A DNA stretch of 64,000 bases from an uncultured Nitrososphaeraceae archaeon (GCA_963779615.1 CAVZZA010000003.1:96001-160000); one strand, 5' to 3'. Positions 21,585 through 32,824 are shown, counted from the stretch's first letter. The notes: generated by a model not told the origin, from the letters alone. Numbers and translations: made by a program.

Positions 21585-21866
21585 ATGGTAGATATTCTAA
21601 TAACAGTCATCGGGCTTTTGGCCACTGCTTTCACTGTTGCAAGCACAGTACCACAAATCAGAAAGGCATTAAAAACAAAGGATACCGATGATGTTTCTAT
21701 TCGTTTTCTCATTGTTTTGATTGTTGGTCTTTCCCTATGGGTTGTATATGGAATTGGAAGAGCAGATATTGTTATAGTAATTGGTAACTCTATAGGAGCC
21801 TCACTAAACATTTGGATGTTGATTCTCAAGATAAAATATTCAAGAGAACCATTGGTGGAAGAATGA
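21585..21866 (+). CDS. SemiSWEET (PQ-loop/MtN3) transporter
   Basis: 3 TM helices; PQ..KA.KTK.T.DVS, LW.VYG and I.GN motifs. Confidence 0.9.
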   Translation: MVDILITVIGLLATAFTVASTVPQIRKALKTKDTDDVSIRFLIVLIVGLSLWVVYGIGRADIVIVIGNSIGASLNIWMLILKIKYSREPLVEE

Positions 21867-22217
21867 AAATGGGGTTTGCGTTCTGATTTTCAGTTATTTC
21901 TTTGACGCATTATTTGATATTTCTTGGAAATATTGTAAAATAAAATAAGGGTTTAATGGGTTTTGGTAATATATATCGTGTCCAAAATCTTCCTAGGTCT
22001 CTAATAATCTACACTATCATTTCAATTTGATAGGCAACTAAAGGGCAAATAACCAACACTTTAAAAATTCAAAATTGCCACGTCAAAGATATCATAACTA
22101 TGCCATGGATTCCTTTCTTTTCTTTTGAGGTTTTCTGTTTACTTGTACTTCACTTGACGGGAGAGCCAGAACAAGCGATAAACCTTAAATAATTCTTCTA
22201 AAATAACTGACCCATTA

Positions 22218-22712
22218 ATGGAAATTATCTTCGACGAGTATGACATGAGAAAACTACCACCGAGAGAGCGACTAGACAAAATTATACACATTTTAAGAAA
22301 CGAAATAGACGAATCTATTAGATGGGATTCTGTTTGGCTTGCAGGAGAAATAACTGAAGTGATTGACATAGGTGATCCTATTTTTGCTGAAATAGCCGAC
22401 CTAATGGTCTGGGTTTTGCTTAATGACGATAATGGAATTGTAAAACATGAGGCTGCTTTTCAAATAGGCGTACGAAACATGAGAGATAAGATTCCTTCCC
22501 TAATTAACTCTACCCTAAATGATAAAAATGAACTTGTAAGACACGAAGCTATAGAAGCTTTGGGTTTGATGCGCGCCCATGAATGTAAAGAAACGCTGAG
22601 AAAGATGCTGGAAGATCCAAGCGATGCAGTTAGAGAAACTGCAGTTTTTGTACTGAAAAGACTTGATAGGCTGACAAATAGAGGAGGCTATAAAGTAGAT
22701 GCGATACTGTAG
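22218..22712 (+). CDS. HEAT-repeat protein resembling one half of deoxyhypusine hydroxylase
   Basis: IVKHEAAFQIG (H77-E78), LVRHEAIEALG (H109-E110) and DP..AVRETA. Confidence 0.8.
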   Translation: MEIIFDEYDMRKLPPRERLDKIIHILRNEIDESIRWDSVWLAGEITEVIDIGDPIFAEIADLMVWVLLNDDNGIVKHEAAFQIGVRNMRDKIPSLINSTLNDKNELVRHEAIEALGLMRAHECKETLRKMLEDPSDAVRETAVFVLKRLDRLTNRGGYKVDAIL

Positions 22713-22779
22713 TAAATTTAGTCATTAATACTGTTCAAGTCTAACGATTGGTATCCCTATAGCATATAGTAATTAAGAA

Positions 22780-23319
22780 TTGGCGAAAAAGACTTTGACA
22801 TGGGAGAAGATACATGTTGGGCAAACTAGTAGCACCGGTAAAGGACTTTTTGCCAAGGTAAACTTCAAGAAAGGAAATCTCATTTTCACTTGGGAAGGAG
22901 TGCTGAAAAAGGGTAGATTTCCTTGGTATGCAGGCGCTAGGTGGTTACAAATAGAAAAATGTCAATGGATCGCTCCGCTCAGAAATAATCCTGGCTGGTA
23001 CATAAACCATTCTTGCAGCCCTAACTCTGGGATCAGAAATTCCGTTAATATTGTTGCAATGAAAAATATTAGAAGGGGTGAAGAAGTGACATTTGATTAT
23101 TCAACTTCAGAAAGTGAAAACGGATGGTATTTGATATGTCGTTGTGAAAGCAACAATTGTAGACGCATCATAAGATCCTATATGTTTCTATCTGCAGAAT
23201 CAAAACAGAAGTACAGAGATTTTGTTTCCGAATACCTCAAACGCCATAATTTACGTGCTAATTTAGACGATAATAATGGGAAGCTGACTGATATGCCTAA
23301 TATGGAAGACGAAATATAA
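22780..23319 (+). CDS. SET-domain protein-lysine methyltransferase with post-SET cysteines
   Basis: GKGLFA, YINHSCSPN, GEEVTFDY and CRCESNNCR motifs. Confidence 0.92.
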   Translation: MAKKTLTWEKIHVGQTSSTGKGLFAKVNFKKGNLIFTWEGVLKKGRFPWYAGARWLQIEKCQWIAPLRNNPGWYINHSCSPNSGIRNSVNIVAMKNIRRGEEVTFDYSTSESENGWYLICRCESNNCRRIIRSYMFLSAESKQKYRDFVSEYLKRHNLRANLDDNNGKLTDMPNMEDEI

Positions 23320-23805
23320 CGCAAAGGACCTAATGATATTGAAGATTATAACCGGTTAGAAAAGATAAAAGGGAATTTATAAGATGTAAGTGTGAAGATA
23401 TTTTGTACAGGAACTCGCACTCATGATATTGCCGGCCACGTGTTTATGTGTAATAATAAGTGTTGTTTTTTCTAGAACGGGATTTATAAAATTTTCCTAT
23501 TGTCGCTGTAAAGTCATTCTGAATTTATATTAATATAGATAATATAATAATTTGAACTTTTTGGATACTGTTGAGGTAGGAGTATAATTATGAGCCTTCC
23601 GATGAGCAATGTGCTAAGGAAATCTTGCAGAAAACTGGAGTCAAACCAATGTTAGCAATAAGAATGGCACGGGACTAAATATGAATGATACAATAGCACA
23701 ATGGATTGAAGATATATCAAGTTAAAATGCCTCATACAATATATTGTCGATGAATTTGAATTATTGCTCATGAATTTAAATAGTTTGCAGAGAATTCAGA
23801 TTTAA

Positions 23806-25194
23806 TTGCGCAGAACAAAAAATATTGAATCTGCATTTGAAATTAAGCATAGAACTAAGTATTTGTTCTACGGATTTATTATTGCTATAGCTGTAGCTAT
23901 CTTGTTTATACATATAATGCTATTTATTAGTGGCGATGAAAGATACATAGGCACAACCTCAGCAGTTTTGTTGGGATCATCTACCGGCATAGCCTTGTTT
24001 ATAATACTTTCAAATCCCAAAAATATAGAAGTTCAGAAATTTAAGCTCGTTTTCTTAGGAGTAGGTCTCTGGTTCTTTGGTGAATTTTCCTACACTTATT
24101 ATCAAATTCTATTAGGTACGGAAGCTCCATACCCAGGCGTCGGGGAAATTTTCTATGTTGCAGGCTATGTACCCCTAATTCTATTTACCTACAGATCATT
24201 TAAGTCTATAAACAGAAACGGAATAATAAAACGTAGGATGATTGCGTTTGTAGTAACATTGGCATCTGTATTGCCTGTAATATCAACTGTTCAAATTTTT
24301 AGCCAGGAAGTAGATTTGCAATCTCAATGGCTTGATATTCTGATTAGTACCATAACTAACTATGGCGATATTGTTTTATTATCTTTTTCGATACTCATTC
24401 TAACGAAGTTACCTAGAAGTAACCCATATATCTATCACTGGATATTATTTACCACTTTCCTGATACTAGCAACCATTACGGATCTCATCTACCTGACCGC
24501 AGCAATCGTTGATGAAGAATTTCTTTCACAAACTGAATTGATATGGGAAGCGTTGTGGGCGTTCGCCTATTTATGCATTCTTGCATCATTAATTTGGTAT
24601 TTCAAACTTATTCATATATTAAGCGAAAACTCTGCACAGTACTACAGTCGATTACTGAAAACGTCAGAATATGCAACCAAATATGAGAACAATGTTTCGG
24701 TCAAAGATAAAGATAAGATTCTCGAAGAGGATCAACTACATACAGAAAAAATACAAGATTTCAAATTGGTCGAGAATCGCATTGATGAAATAATAAAAGG
24801 TGCAAAAGACGAGATCGCTATTTTATTTTGTAATTCAAGTACTTTGAAAATAAACGAAACCCAAAGTATCCTAAGATTTTTGAAGGAAAAAACAAGGTCA
24901 GATATTCTAAAAAGAATTCTTTTTCCGTTGGGTGTAGAGGGTAGAATTATTAACAGTTATAGCGAGATCGCTAACGTACGGATCTTTGAAAAAAAAATGG
25001 AGAATAATAGTATTATCATAGTGTCTGACTTTACTAAGGTGCTAGTAGCTTCGACTACAGATCCTATCGATCCTGATAAGGAAACAGCGTATTTTGTATC
25101 ATATACTGACAACGAAAATATAGCCTATGCATACATAACAACATTCGAAAAATTATGGGTACTTCAGACCGTAACGAAATTGGATGTAGGATAA
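23806..25194 (+). CDS. Multi-pass membrane sensor-like protein with C-terminal TrmB/PLD-like domain and no kinase core
   Basis: About 8 TM segments with WFFGE and PYPG..E.FY..GY motifs; C-terminus IIIVSD...FEKLW resembles the kinase input domains. Confidence 0.7.
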   Translation: MRRTKNIESAFEIKHRTKYLFYGFIIAIAVAILFIHIMLFISGDERYIGTTSAVLLGSSTGIALFIILSNPKNIEVQKFKLVFLGVGLWFFGEFSYTYYQILLGTEAPYPGVGEIFYVAGYVPLILFTYRSFKSINRNGIIKRRMIAFVVTLASVLPVISTVQIFSQEVDLQSQWLDILISTITNYGDIVLLSFSILILTKLPRSNPYIYHWILFTTFLILATITDLIYLTAAIVDEEFLSQTELIWEALWAFAYLCILASLIWYFKLIHILSENSAQYYSRLLKTSEYATKYENNVSVKDKDKILEEDQLHTEKIQDFKLVENRIDEIIKGAKDEIAILFCNSSTLKINETQSILRFLKEKTRSDILKRILFPLGVEGRIINSYSEIANVRIFEKKMENNSIIIVSDFTKVLVASTTDPIDPDKETAYFVSYTDNENIAYAYITTFEKLWVLQTVTKLDVG

Positions 25195-25492
25195 AATCTT
25201 TCACTACCTAAATATTAACTATCATCCCATTCCCTCTTTGGAGAAAATTATTGGTCTCGTCCATGATAGAATCATTCCATCTAAATATTTCCTGTCTTAT
25301 GACAGATGTTGAGAATCTTGTATATAAAACTAAATCGCAAACCCGTATAGGGATGAATATGTCAATCTCACAAATTGAAGACTTTTGCAAATATCAGAAT
25401 TTAATTATCTTGTTCTGCTTTACAAGTTCCTAAATATCTAAATAGAAACTGAAATTTTTTAAATATGCATCATTCGTAATATACTGCAACGT

Positions 25493-26006
25493 ATGAATGC
25501 TTAGATTGTATTGCCACAAAACTGGATATAAGAGAATTTAGTACAAAGAATGTCCCCTCAGATGTAATATCTACAATTCTCAATTATGCCAGATATAGTG
25601 GTAGTGGTCTAAATACTCAACATTGGAGATTCGTAGCAATAAAGACAAAAATAACCTAAAAAAATTGTCTGAAGATAGTACAAGTGGACAATGGATAGTT
25701 GGAGCAAGTTTTGCTATTATATTATTAACAGATCCAAATTATGGCTTTCATCTACTGGATGCAGGAAGAGTTATACAAAATATGCAACTATCTGCATGGG
25801 ATAATGGTGTCGGTTCCGGATTATATGCTGGTATGAGAGATGAGAAAATGAGAAGCGATTTTAAAATCCCATCGAATCTAAACATCTCGTCTGTGGTGGG
25901 TTTTGGATTTCCTAAAAATTCCATTACAGGAAGGGGGAAAAATCGTAAAGCATTGAACGAATTGGCTTACGATGAAGTCAAGGGGAATTCTGATAATGCA
26001 ACTTAG
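25493..26006 (+). pseudogene. Nitroreductase family protein, two -1 frameshifts (about 25500 and 25642)
   Basis: Reconstructed MNALDCIATKLDIREF...SGSGLNTQHWRFV...DAGRVIQNMQLSAW..GVGS...GFGFP...RK. Confidence 0.8.
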
Positions 26007-26127
26007 TCAATTATTATTAATTTTTAGAGGACAGATGAATACCCCTATAGAGTTTTGACTATTCCTCATTCTGCTTTTCTTTAACCATTATAAAAAACAC
26101 TTTCAAGGATATGAGTCCATGTAATCA

Positions 26128-26149
26128 ATGGGCCCAAGGGGGTTCGAAC
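26128..26149 (-). repeat. tRNA 3'-end fragment, direct repeat copy 2 (att-like; Ile/Val/Ala-type acceptor)
   Basis: Minus strand G-TTCGAAC-CCCCT-TGGGCCC-A has exact T-loop/T-stem/acceptor/discriminator geometry; the rest of the tRNA is absent. Confidence 0.75.
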
Positions 26150-26300
26150 TAAAAATAATGTCTTTTGGTCTGGGGGATGTTTAAACAACTAAAATGTTGG
26201 AGCTTCCAGTCGGGTGACGTCAATGCTTCTTATATACAAACAAACATCTTTTCCCCAAAATATACTCCTAAACTAGCATCCAAAATACACATACAATGTG

Positions 26301-26362
26301 ATTTGACCATTTTTTGACCATTTTTTGACCAATTTGACCAAAAAATAATAACTATGACCAAA
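26301..26362 (+). promoter_or_regulatory. Phased TGACCA repeat array upstream of the second HTH-coiled-coil gene
   Basis: TGACCA at 26304, 26315, 26326, 26335 and 26355; TATTATAAA at 26372-26380. Confidence 0.75.
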
Positions 26363-26409
26363 TTTTAATGATATTATAAACCATCCATACAACAATAAAC
26401 TATGCAAAA

Positions 26410-28239
26410 TTGAGACATTCAAAACAATTATTGGAATCACAGGTTGTTTCGGATTATTTAAAAGCAAAACCGAGGAACAAAATAGCTGTAGATAATAAAA
26501 CATCTGCAGGAAACGTATCAAACATATTAAAGGATTGGAAAAAAGAATAGGAATACCCAATGTTGAAGAACTGAGAGAATTTGTTGCAGCAGTCAAAAAA
26601 TCCGGTATAACAATTGAACAATGTGTCTAAGGTTTTTAGGGTTGCCCAAATGATGAAAAGATTGGGCATCCCCGTTGATGGCGATGATGATGACAACTGT
26701 AATGACGATAGCCAAAATAACAACAAAGATTTCTATTTCTTTGTAGATGAGATATACTTAAATTGCAAAAATCTAGGCATTCCACCAGATACCATACCTT
26801 CATGGATTAAAGATCTGCTGGATTGTTATAATCTTGACAATACAAACCAACAATCCCTTTCACGGAGTTTAGGTGAGCATGATGATAATTATAATGATGA
26901 TAAAAAAGATCCTTCACTGTTAACCCTAAAAGAGCAGGAATTTTTTACGGGTGGGAACAACAGATCAGGTTCAATCGGAATCAGGAAAACAGATTCCTTC
27001 AATAAAGATTCATCCAATCATTTTGAAACCCATCAATCGGCATCATCGCCTAATAATGTTGAAATACCATTCATCTCCCGGGCATCCAATTTCATTGCAA
27101 CAAAGAAAAAACTATGCGTAAAACTTTATAGATATAAACTGGCCTTAGCAGACGAAGTAAAAGGATTAAAATTACAAAAAGGCAAAGGCAACAGACAATC
27201 TTAATAGCATAATTAAAGAGAAAGTCATGTAATATACTTTATCGAATGGTTTTACAAATTAAAAGAAAAGCTCTGGAACGGGTATTCCATAAGAATAGAA
27301 GATATTGACAGTTTTGCCAAAGTTATTAATGATTTTAAAAACCATAGATATGATGCCTATGAAATCATAAAAGAATACAGCGGTGTGCAATCGGTTAGGG
27401 AAGAAGTGATAATAAAAGGAGGAAGGTTAAACTATCTTCAATGGGAAGAGCAAAAGCTAAATGACAAGATAGCAGCTTTGAGACCTCAACTTGACTATCA
27501 AGCACAGATTGTGAATACATATTCAGAATTGGCGGAAATGAACCTTGGGCTCAAAGAGTTAAAACTACTAATGTCAACCATTACCGAAATAGCACAGGCC
27601 AATAACATCGCCTATGACAAAGCGGTTAGTAAATTCTTTATGGATACTGAAGAACAGTATGATAAAAAACTGGGGTTAGAAAACAAAATAAGTGAAAAAG
27701 TACTGGAGCTTGGGAACATAAATAACAATATCTCAAATTCTCAATTTAGATTGCTATTTTATTCCTCGATAGTGCCAATGTTGACTAATCTTTTCCAAAA
27801 TGGGTTAACTGAAGAAGACATTGTAAATATTAATTCAATATGTTTATCGAATGTTAATAAAATTAAAGTCAATTCAAAAGCGGAAAATAAACAAGACACG
27901 AACAAAACAGAATGCTGGAGGCTATTGAAAGAAGATTTAAAAAAATATGGAGAAATCAGCTTGGCAGCAAGAGAAAAATCAAAGGAAGTTGAAGAAATGG
28001 ATAAAGAAATCCATAATTTAAACAAACAAAAACAGGAGCTCACAAATTATTGCAAAAATGCAAATTCCATTATAAATAATTTAAACAGCAAAATTTCATA
28101 TCTTAATGGATCTATCGATTATCTTGGAAATGAGTTGAGCAATAAAATTAAGGCATTTCCAAGACCCCCACCATTGTTTATTTATTTTATGCATAACAAT
28201 ACAGAAAAATGGGGGGATGGAAAGAATGAAGAAATTTAA
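26410..28239 (+). pseudogene. Paralog of the 7613-9601 HTH-coiled-coil protein, with about four frameshifts and one nonsense codon
   Basis: Reconstructed SAGNVSNILKDWK..IGIPNVEELREF...KKSGITIEQCV*GFR, then F..EIY..CK..G..P..IP.WIKDL, EIPFISR, MN.GL.ELK and LFQNG..E.DI, all collinear with the first copy. Confidence 0.85.
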
Positions 28240-28511
28240 AAAGCAAAATAGAAGTATGTTACCACAGGTATTTGTAAATTATAAAATAAACCAATCGTTT
28301 ATAGATAAAGGCCCGTGCAATAGAGATTTAATATCCGATACCATATTTGGATAAAACAAGATTTAACAATCAAGACATATGGAAGCCACCAATAAATTGC
28401 ATGATCATTGCAATAACCGATCTCAAACATACAAATTAGCAAGGTAAATCACAATGGAATTGCAGATAAGGGATATGTGCATCAAATGATGCATTGACGA
28501 TAACACTATAA

Positions 28512-28943
28512 CTATTTACTTAGGTACCCACGCAACATTCCAATGGTCTTGTCCATCAATGAATTTGACGACCCAGTGCTGTTTGAAGCATTGTTATTCT
28601 TAACACTGTTATCTTGTGGTGCTGTTTGGTTCTGGGTTGGCGCTTGTTGCTGTTTGCATATGCTTTCCACGTTTATAATTTTCAAGCCACCAACCACAGA
28701 GCATAGTTGGGATAACACCTGGCTTGAATTCATTGTGCTTAGGTTGTTGCAGATGCTGACTGCTTGATCCAATCCCGCAACTCCTGCCAAAAATCTGTTA
28801 TCTTGGACCATTTTACAAATAGAAGACACTGCCGGTGTTCCGTTTTGCTGTTGGGCATATGCCAACAATACAGTGTTTGACATTATTATTAGGAAGATAA
28901 TTCCCAGCAATCCAAACGCTGAAGGATCAAATCTTGATTCCAT
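28512..28943 (-). CDS. Secreted protein with four Cys and a Q/N/S-rich tail
   Basis: Signal peptide ending AYAQ. Confidence 0.75.
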   Translation of the reverse strand: MESRFDPSAFGLLGIIFLIIMSNTVLLAYAQQQNGTPAVSSICKMVQDNRFLAGVAGLDQAVSICNNLSTMNSSQVLSQLCSVVGGLKIINVESICKQQQAPTQNQTAPQDNSVKNNNASNSTGSSNSLMDKTIGMLRGYLSK

Positions 28944-29573
28944 GCATTACGATATTTAACAATATATTTATTCTAGTAACCATCCAACCTTCACCAAAGA
29001 AAGGTATAGACGAATGTGTAGGATGAAAACATAAAAATGTTCATATCATTAATGAAATGTCAGGATTTGCTCTGTTATTACAATGTTTGGACTTCATGTA
29101 ACTAAAGGATTAAAACAGTTTTCAACGCGGCATTTGGGCCTCATTTTAATTTACTAGTAAACCAATAATGATAATGGAATGACGGTTTATTGCAAATCAC
29201 GATACAACCCCCAGTATCTTTCAATTCTATGCTTTTTGGTTAAATTTTTAATGGAAATTTAGACTCTATAATCACTCATGATTCAAATGGCCTTGGTGAA
29301 GCAGATGTGGTATTACTATTTTTTTTAATTCATCCCTCATAATTTTTTTGTTTTGATAAACCCCATCCCATACAAAATCAAATGTATTTTCCCGTATCCC
29401 CGATGGTTAGGAGCTGTCGATTGCTATAATGGCATTAGAAACAGAATCATTAATTTGGACAGTGAAGCCAAAACCACATTTACAGAGAAAAGGTTATCAA
29501 GTGATTGGTCAATGCAGAATCAATCATCATAAAAATATCACGGATATCAATTCTAAAAATAAATATTGTAAAA

Positions 29574-30452
29574 CTAATTGTCGTTAACGGATGTTTTAAA
29601 AGAGGGATAATCCGAAATGCTTGTTTGGGAGGCATTCAAACCGGAGGCTGACGGGTTTTGTTGTTCCTCCAGTTCTTTTTTCCAGTCTACTACAGGCCCG
29701 TTCACCAATTTTAAAAAGGCATTGGCAGATTCAGGCCCAAAGCCAGCAAAATGATTGTTAAAAGCAACTATGGTTTGAGGATCTTTAGTTACCGCTTTCC
29801 CCTTTATTTTATTTATGTTATCAACATATTCGGTAACATCTTTATCCCTATCCCTTACAATCCTCCCAAAGTCATTTTCATCGATACTCCTATCACCGAT
29901 GAACCGTATGTAAATCTGATCAGATGTCACTATTGGAGGCGTTTTTAATTCATCCCTCACACTCCATGCCAAAGATATTTTGTTTAACTTGAGAAAATCA
30001 TATACTTTTTTATTGAACCATGTTGATTCTCTCACCTCCAATGCATACCTATACCTGCTATCCAACCTTTTTACCATAATTTCCAAGGATCCAAAGCCTT
30101 TCTTTTCTGACAAATATGGTGGGAGCTGAATTAACAAGACCAGGATTTTATCCAACAGTGGTTCCAGTGCATAGAAAAACGGATAAAGATATTTTGATGT
30201 GTCCTGAAGTTTATTATCATGAGTTATTACCTTTGGGAATTTTAGCGCGAACTTAAAATCACCCGGTGTCTTGTCCTTCCACCCTTTAACTACAAACCTA
30301 GAGGGAATGTTATAAAAGGTAGAATCCACTTCAACGAATTTAAAGTATTTCGAGTAATAGGATAACCACTCTTTATTCTCAAGGTTTGGAGGATAGAATG
30401 TTCCTTTCCATCCATTATAACTCCATCCAGAACAACCAACATAGAGGCTCAA
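29574..30452 (-). CDS. DUF72 (YecE) family protein
   Basis: YVGCSGWSY..W...FYP, VEVDSTFY, LIQLPP, ALEVR and FNNH motifs. Confidence 0.93.
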   Translation of the reverse strand: MSLYVGCSGWSYNGWKGTFYPPNLENKEWLSYYSKYFKFVEVDSTFYNIPSRFVVKGWKDKTPGDFKFALKFPKVITHDNKLQDTSKYLYPFFYALEPLLDKILVLLIQLPPYLSEKKGFGSLEIMVKRLDSRYRYALEVRESTWFNKKVYDFLKLNKISLAWSVRDELKTPPIVTSDQIYIRFIGDRSIDENDFGRIVRDRDKDVTEYVDNINKIKGKAVTKDPQTIVAFNNHFAGFGPESANAFLKLVNGPVVDWKKELEEQQNPSASGLNASQTSISDYPSFKTSVNDN

Positions 30453-30798
30453 CTGCTTATATTATCATTTTGATGAATAACATTAAAAGAATTACCATTG
30501 TAAAAAATAACATTTGTAATGTTCACGCCTTTTGACTGAATCCCAGTGTTTTTTCCATCTTGTTGATTTTAATTTGTGATGGAATAATCAAGAAAACAGA
30601 CATGTAAATGTAAACTTGATTGAACCTTTTGTTATTCATTCAACCAAAGGTTACAGATCAAGCATAATATGGGGAGGTTTATCCATAAATACAATCACAG
30701 TTCTATCCATGAATATCCATCTCGTTTATTAATATAGCCGTTGCCATAATTCAGTCACCCCAAAATGCTTTAATATACAAAATCTACTTGAATTTATC

Positions 30799-31735
30799 TT
30801 GAAAGTAGGCATTATACTACCACAAGCAGGCCGAATAGCAAACAAAGAAAATGTAACCAGAATGGCACACATGGCAGAGGAGGAGAGATTTGATTCACTC
30901 TGGGTATTTGAGAGGCTTCTTTGGCCAATCAATCCTCAAACCCCGTATCCGGGAACACCCGATGGACAATTACCTGAGGAATACCAGATAATGCTGGATC
31001 CATTGCAAACACTCGCTTTTGTATCTGCAAATACCAACAAGATATTGTTGGGAACCTGCATCATAGACATGCTTTTTCATAACCCCGTCATATTGTCAAG
31101 GAGCTTTGCAACATTGGATATTTTCTCCCAGGGAAGAACCATAGCAGGGTTTGGCATCGGATGGTCAAAGGATGAGTATCAAGCTTCCAACACACCATTT
31201 AACAACAAAGGCAAAAGAGCTGATGAATACATACAGATACTAAAAAAAGTATGGAATGATGATACCGTTGAGTTTAAGGGACAGCACTATAGCATCCCCG
31301 CATCAAAGATAGGGCCCAAACCCTTACAAAAGCCACATATTCCCATATACCTGGGTGGGTTTAGCCCAAACACATTTTCAAGAATTGTGAATCATGATAC
31401 AAACGGTTGGCTGGGGGTTCTGGGAGGACCAATAGGACAGATTAAAGACATCATGAATACGATAAAAGAGAACGCTAAAAAGGCAAACAGGGATCCAAAC
31501 AATTTTCGCGTGGTTCTTTTGACATATCCAAACGTTGTAGAGTCCAATGATGAAAAAAACAGTCAATAGCCGTTTTCCAATGAGTGGCACAATCGACCAA
31601 ATCGGCAAAGACATACAGGAACTTAAAGGTATTGGAATTGACCACATTATCTTTGGGTACAACTTTTCGTCTATTGGTAAGGACATTGATAAAATGATTG
31701 AGGTTACAAAACAATTCTCAAAATTTGCAAAGTAA
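30799..31735 (+). CDS. LLM-class F420-dependent oxidoreductase; frameshift in the A7 run near 31555
   Basis: FDSLWVFE, DPL.TLA, GFGIGWS.DEY and PKP.QKPHIPIYLGG motifs; C-terminus continues in ORF 31547-31735. Confidence 0.85.
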
Positions 31736-32006
31736 AACGAATCAGCAATGCCATTACTGCTGCTACTGATATCGTACATCCTTCCAAGAAACAATTTTTT
31801 GCCGCAACACAATTATGATATATTGGCATACGCCAATCTATCTCCATTGAGAATTTTTTGACAGGTTATTTTATCAACTTTGGATAGATACTTATCCTAT
31901 TACCATAACAGATGTTGTTGTTTTAGAAGAACTGGTTCTGATAATTGAAAATAGGTTACTAAAGGAAATACCCATTAAAAGTGGGTGATTAAACACAAAA
32001 GTTTTG

Positions 32007-32683
32007 CTATTTTACCTTTAGGGTAAGCTCTTCTCCGTAGCCTATAGGAACAGTGACAGACGTAACGAGTTCATTGTCTCCAATGTATTTAACATACTGA
32101 GACATTGTTGACCTGTATTCCTCCGGGTATAAAATATTGTCCGTCACAATAAATCCCCCCTTTTTTAATAATGGTAGTGTCAAATCAAAATATTTGGTTA
32201 GGTTTTCTTTGTCCGCGTCTAAAAAAACAAAATCAAACAAATTATCACTTCCATTCAGGGTTGTGCGATGATTGTCGGATAATTGAACAGGACATCTAAA
32301 GCATTGCCCTCTATGATTTTTATTAGATCATGTACTTCTGCATCTGCAAAGTTTTTTTTGGCTCTTTTAATCTTTGATGGATCCTTTTCTATGGTAATAA
32401 TGCTCTTTTTTACTTTTTGTGGCAAAATATTTTCCGTTTGAGACAACGCAAGTGCGAACCACAGGGTAGAATATCCGGCAGAGGTGCCAACCTCAAGGAT
32501 TTTGTTTGCATTCATGGATGTTAACAGCATGTTCAGAAACCTGCCTGTGTCTTTGGTGATTGCGAGCATTAACTCGTTATCCGAAATGTTTGCTTGCCCT
32601 GACCGCTCCAATCTTGATTGTCCCTCTAACCTATCCATCACAGTAATTATTTTTGAATGATTGTGAAAATTATCGGGGCACAT
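32007..32683 (-). CDS. SAM-dependent O-methyltransferase (YrrM/caffeoyl-CoA type); frameshift near 32286
   Basis: ILEVGTSAGYSTLW, FDFVFLDADK and GGFIVTDN motifs. Confidence 0.85.
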
Positions 32684-32824
32684 ATTTTTTCTTGTAATAC
32701 CATCCGCACCACGCTTTATTATTATTAATGGTGTTTATGATACCCACGGAACCGTAATTTCATGCAGATTTAAGCAATTTCAACTTCCATATAGGCACCG
32801 AGTTTATTTTTTTTCATTGCCTTG

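Noticed and set aside
18653-26149. Functional tRNA genes at 18653 and 26128
   Set aside because: Only 3' portions are present; no D-arm or 5' acceptor strand nearby and no flanking complementarity suggesting split tRNAs.
26301-26362. Short repeat arrays (also 9621-9690 and 12188-12256) as CRISPR
   Set aside because: Units are too short, there are no unique 30-40 bp spacers and no cas genes.
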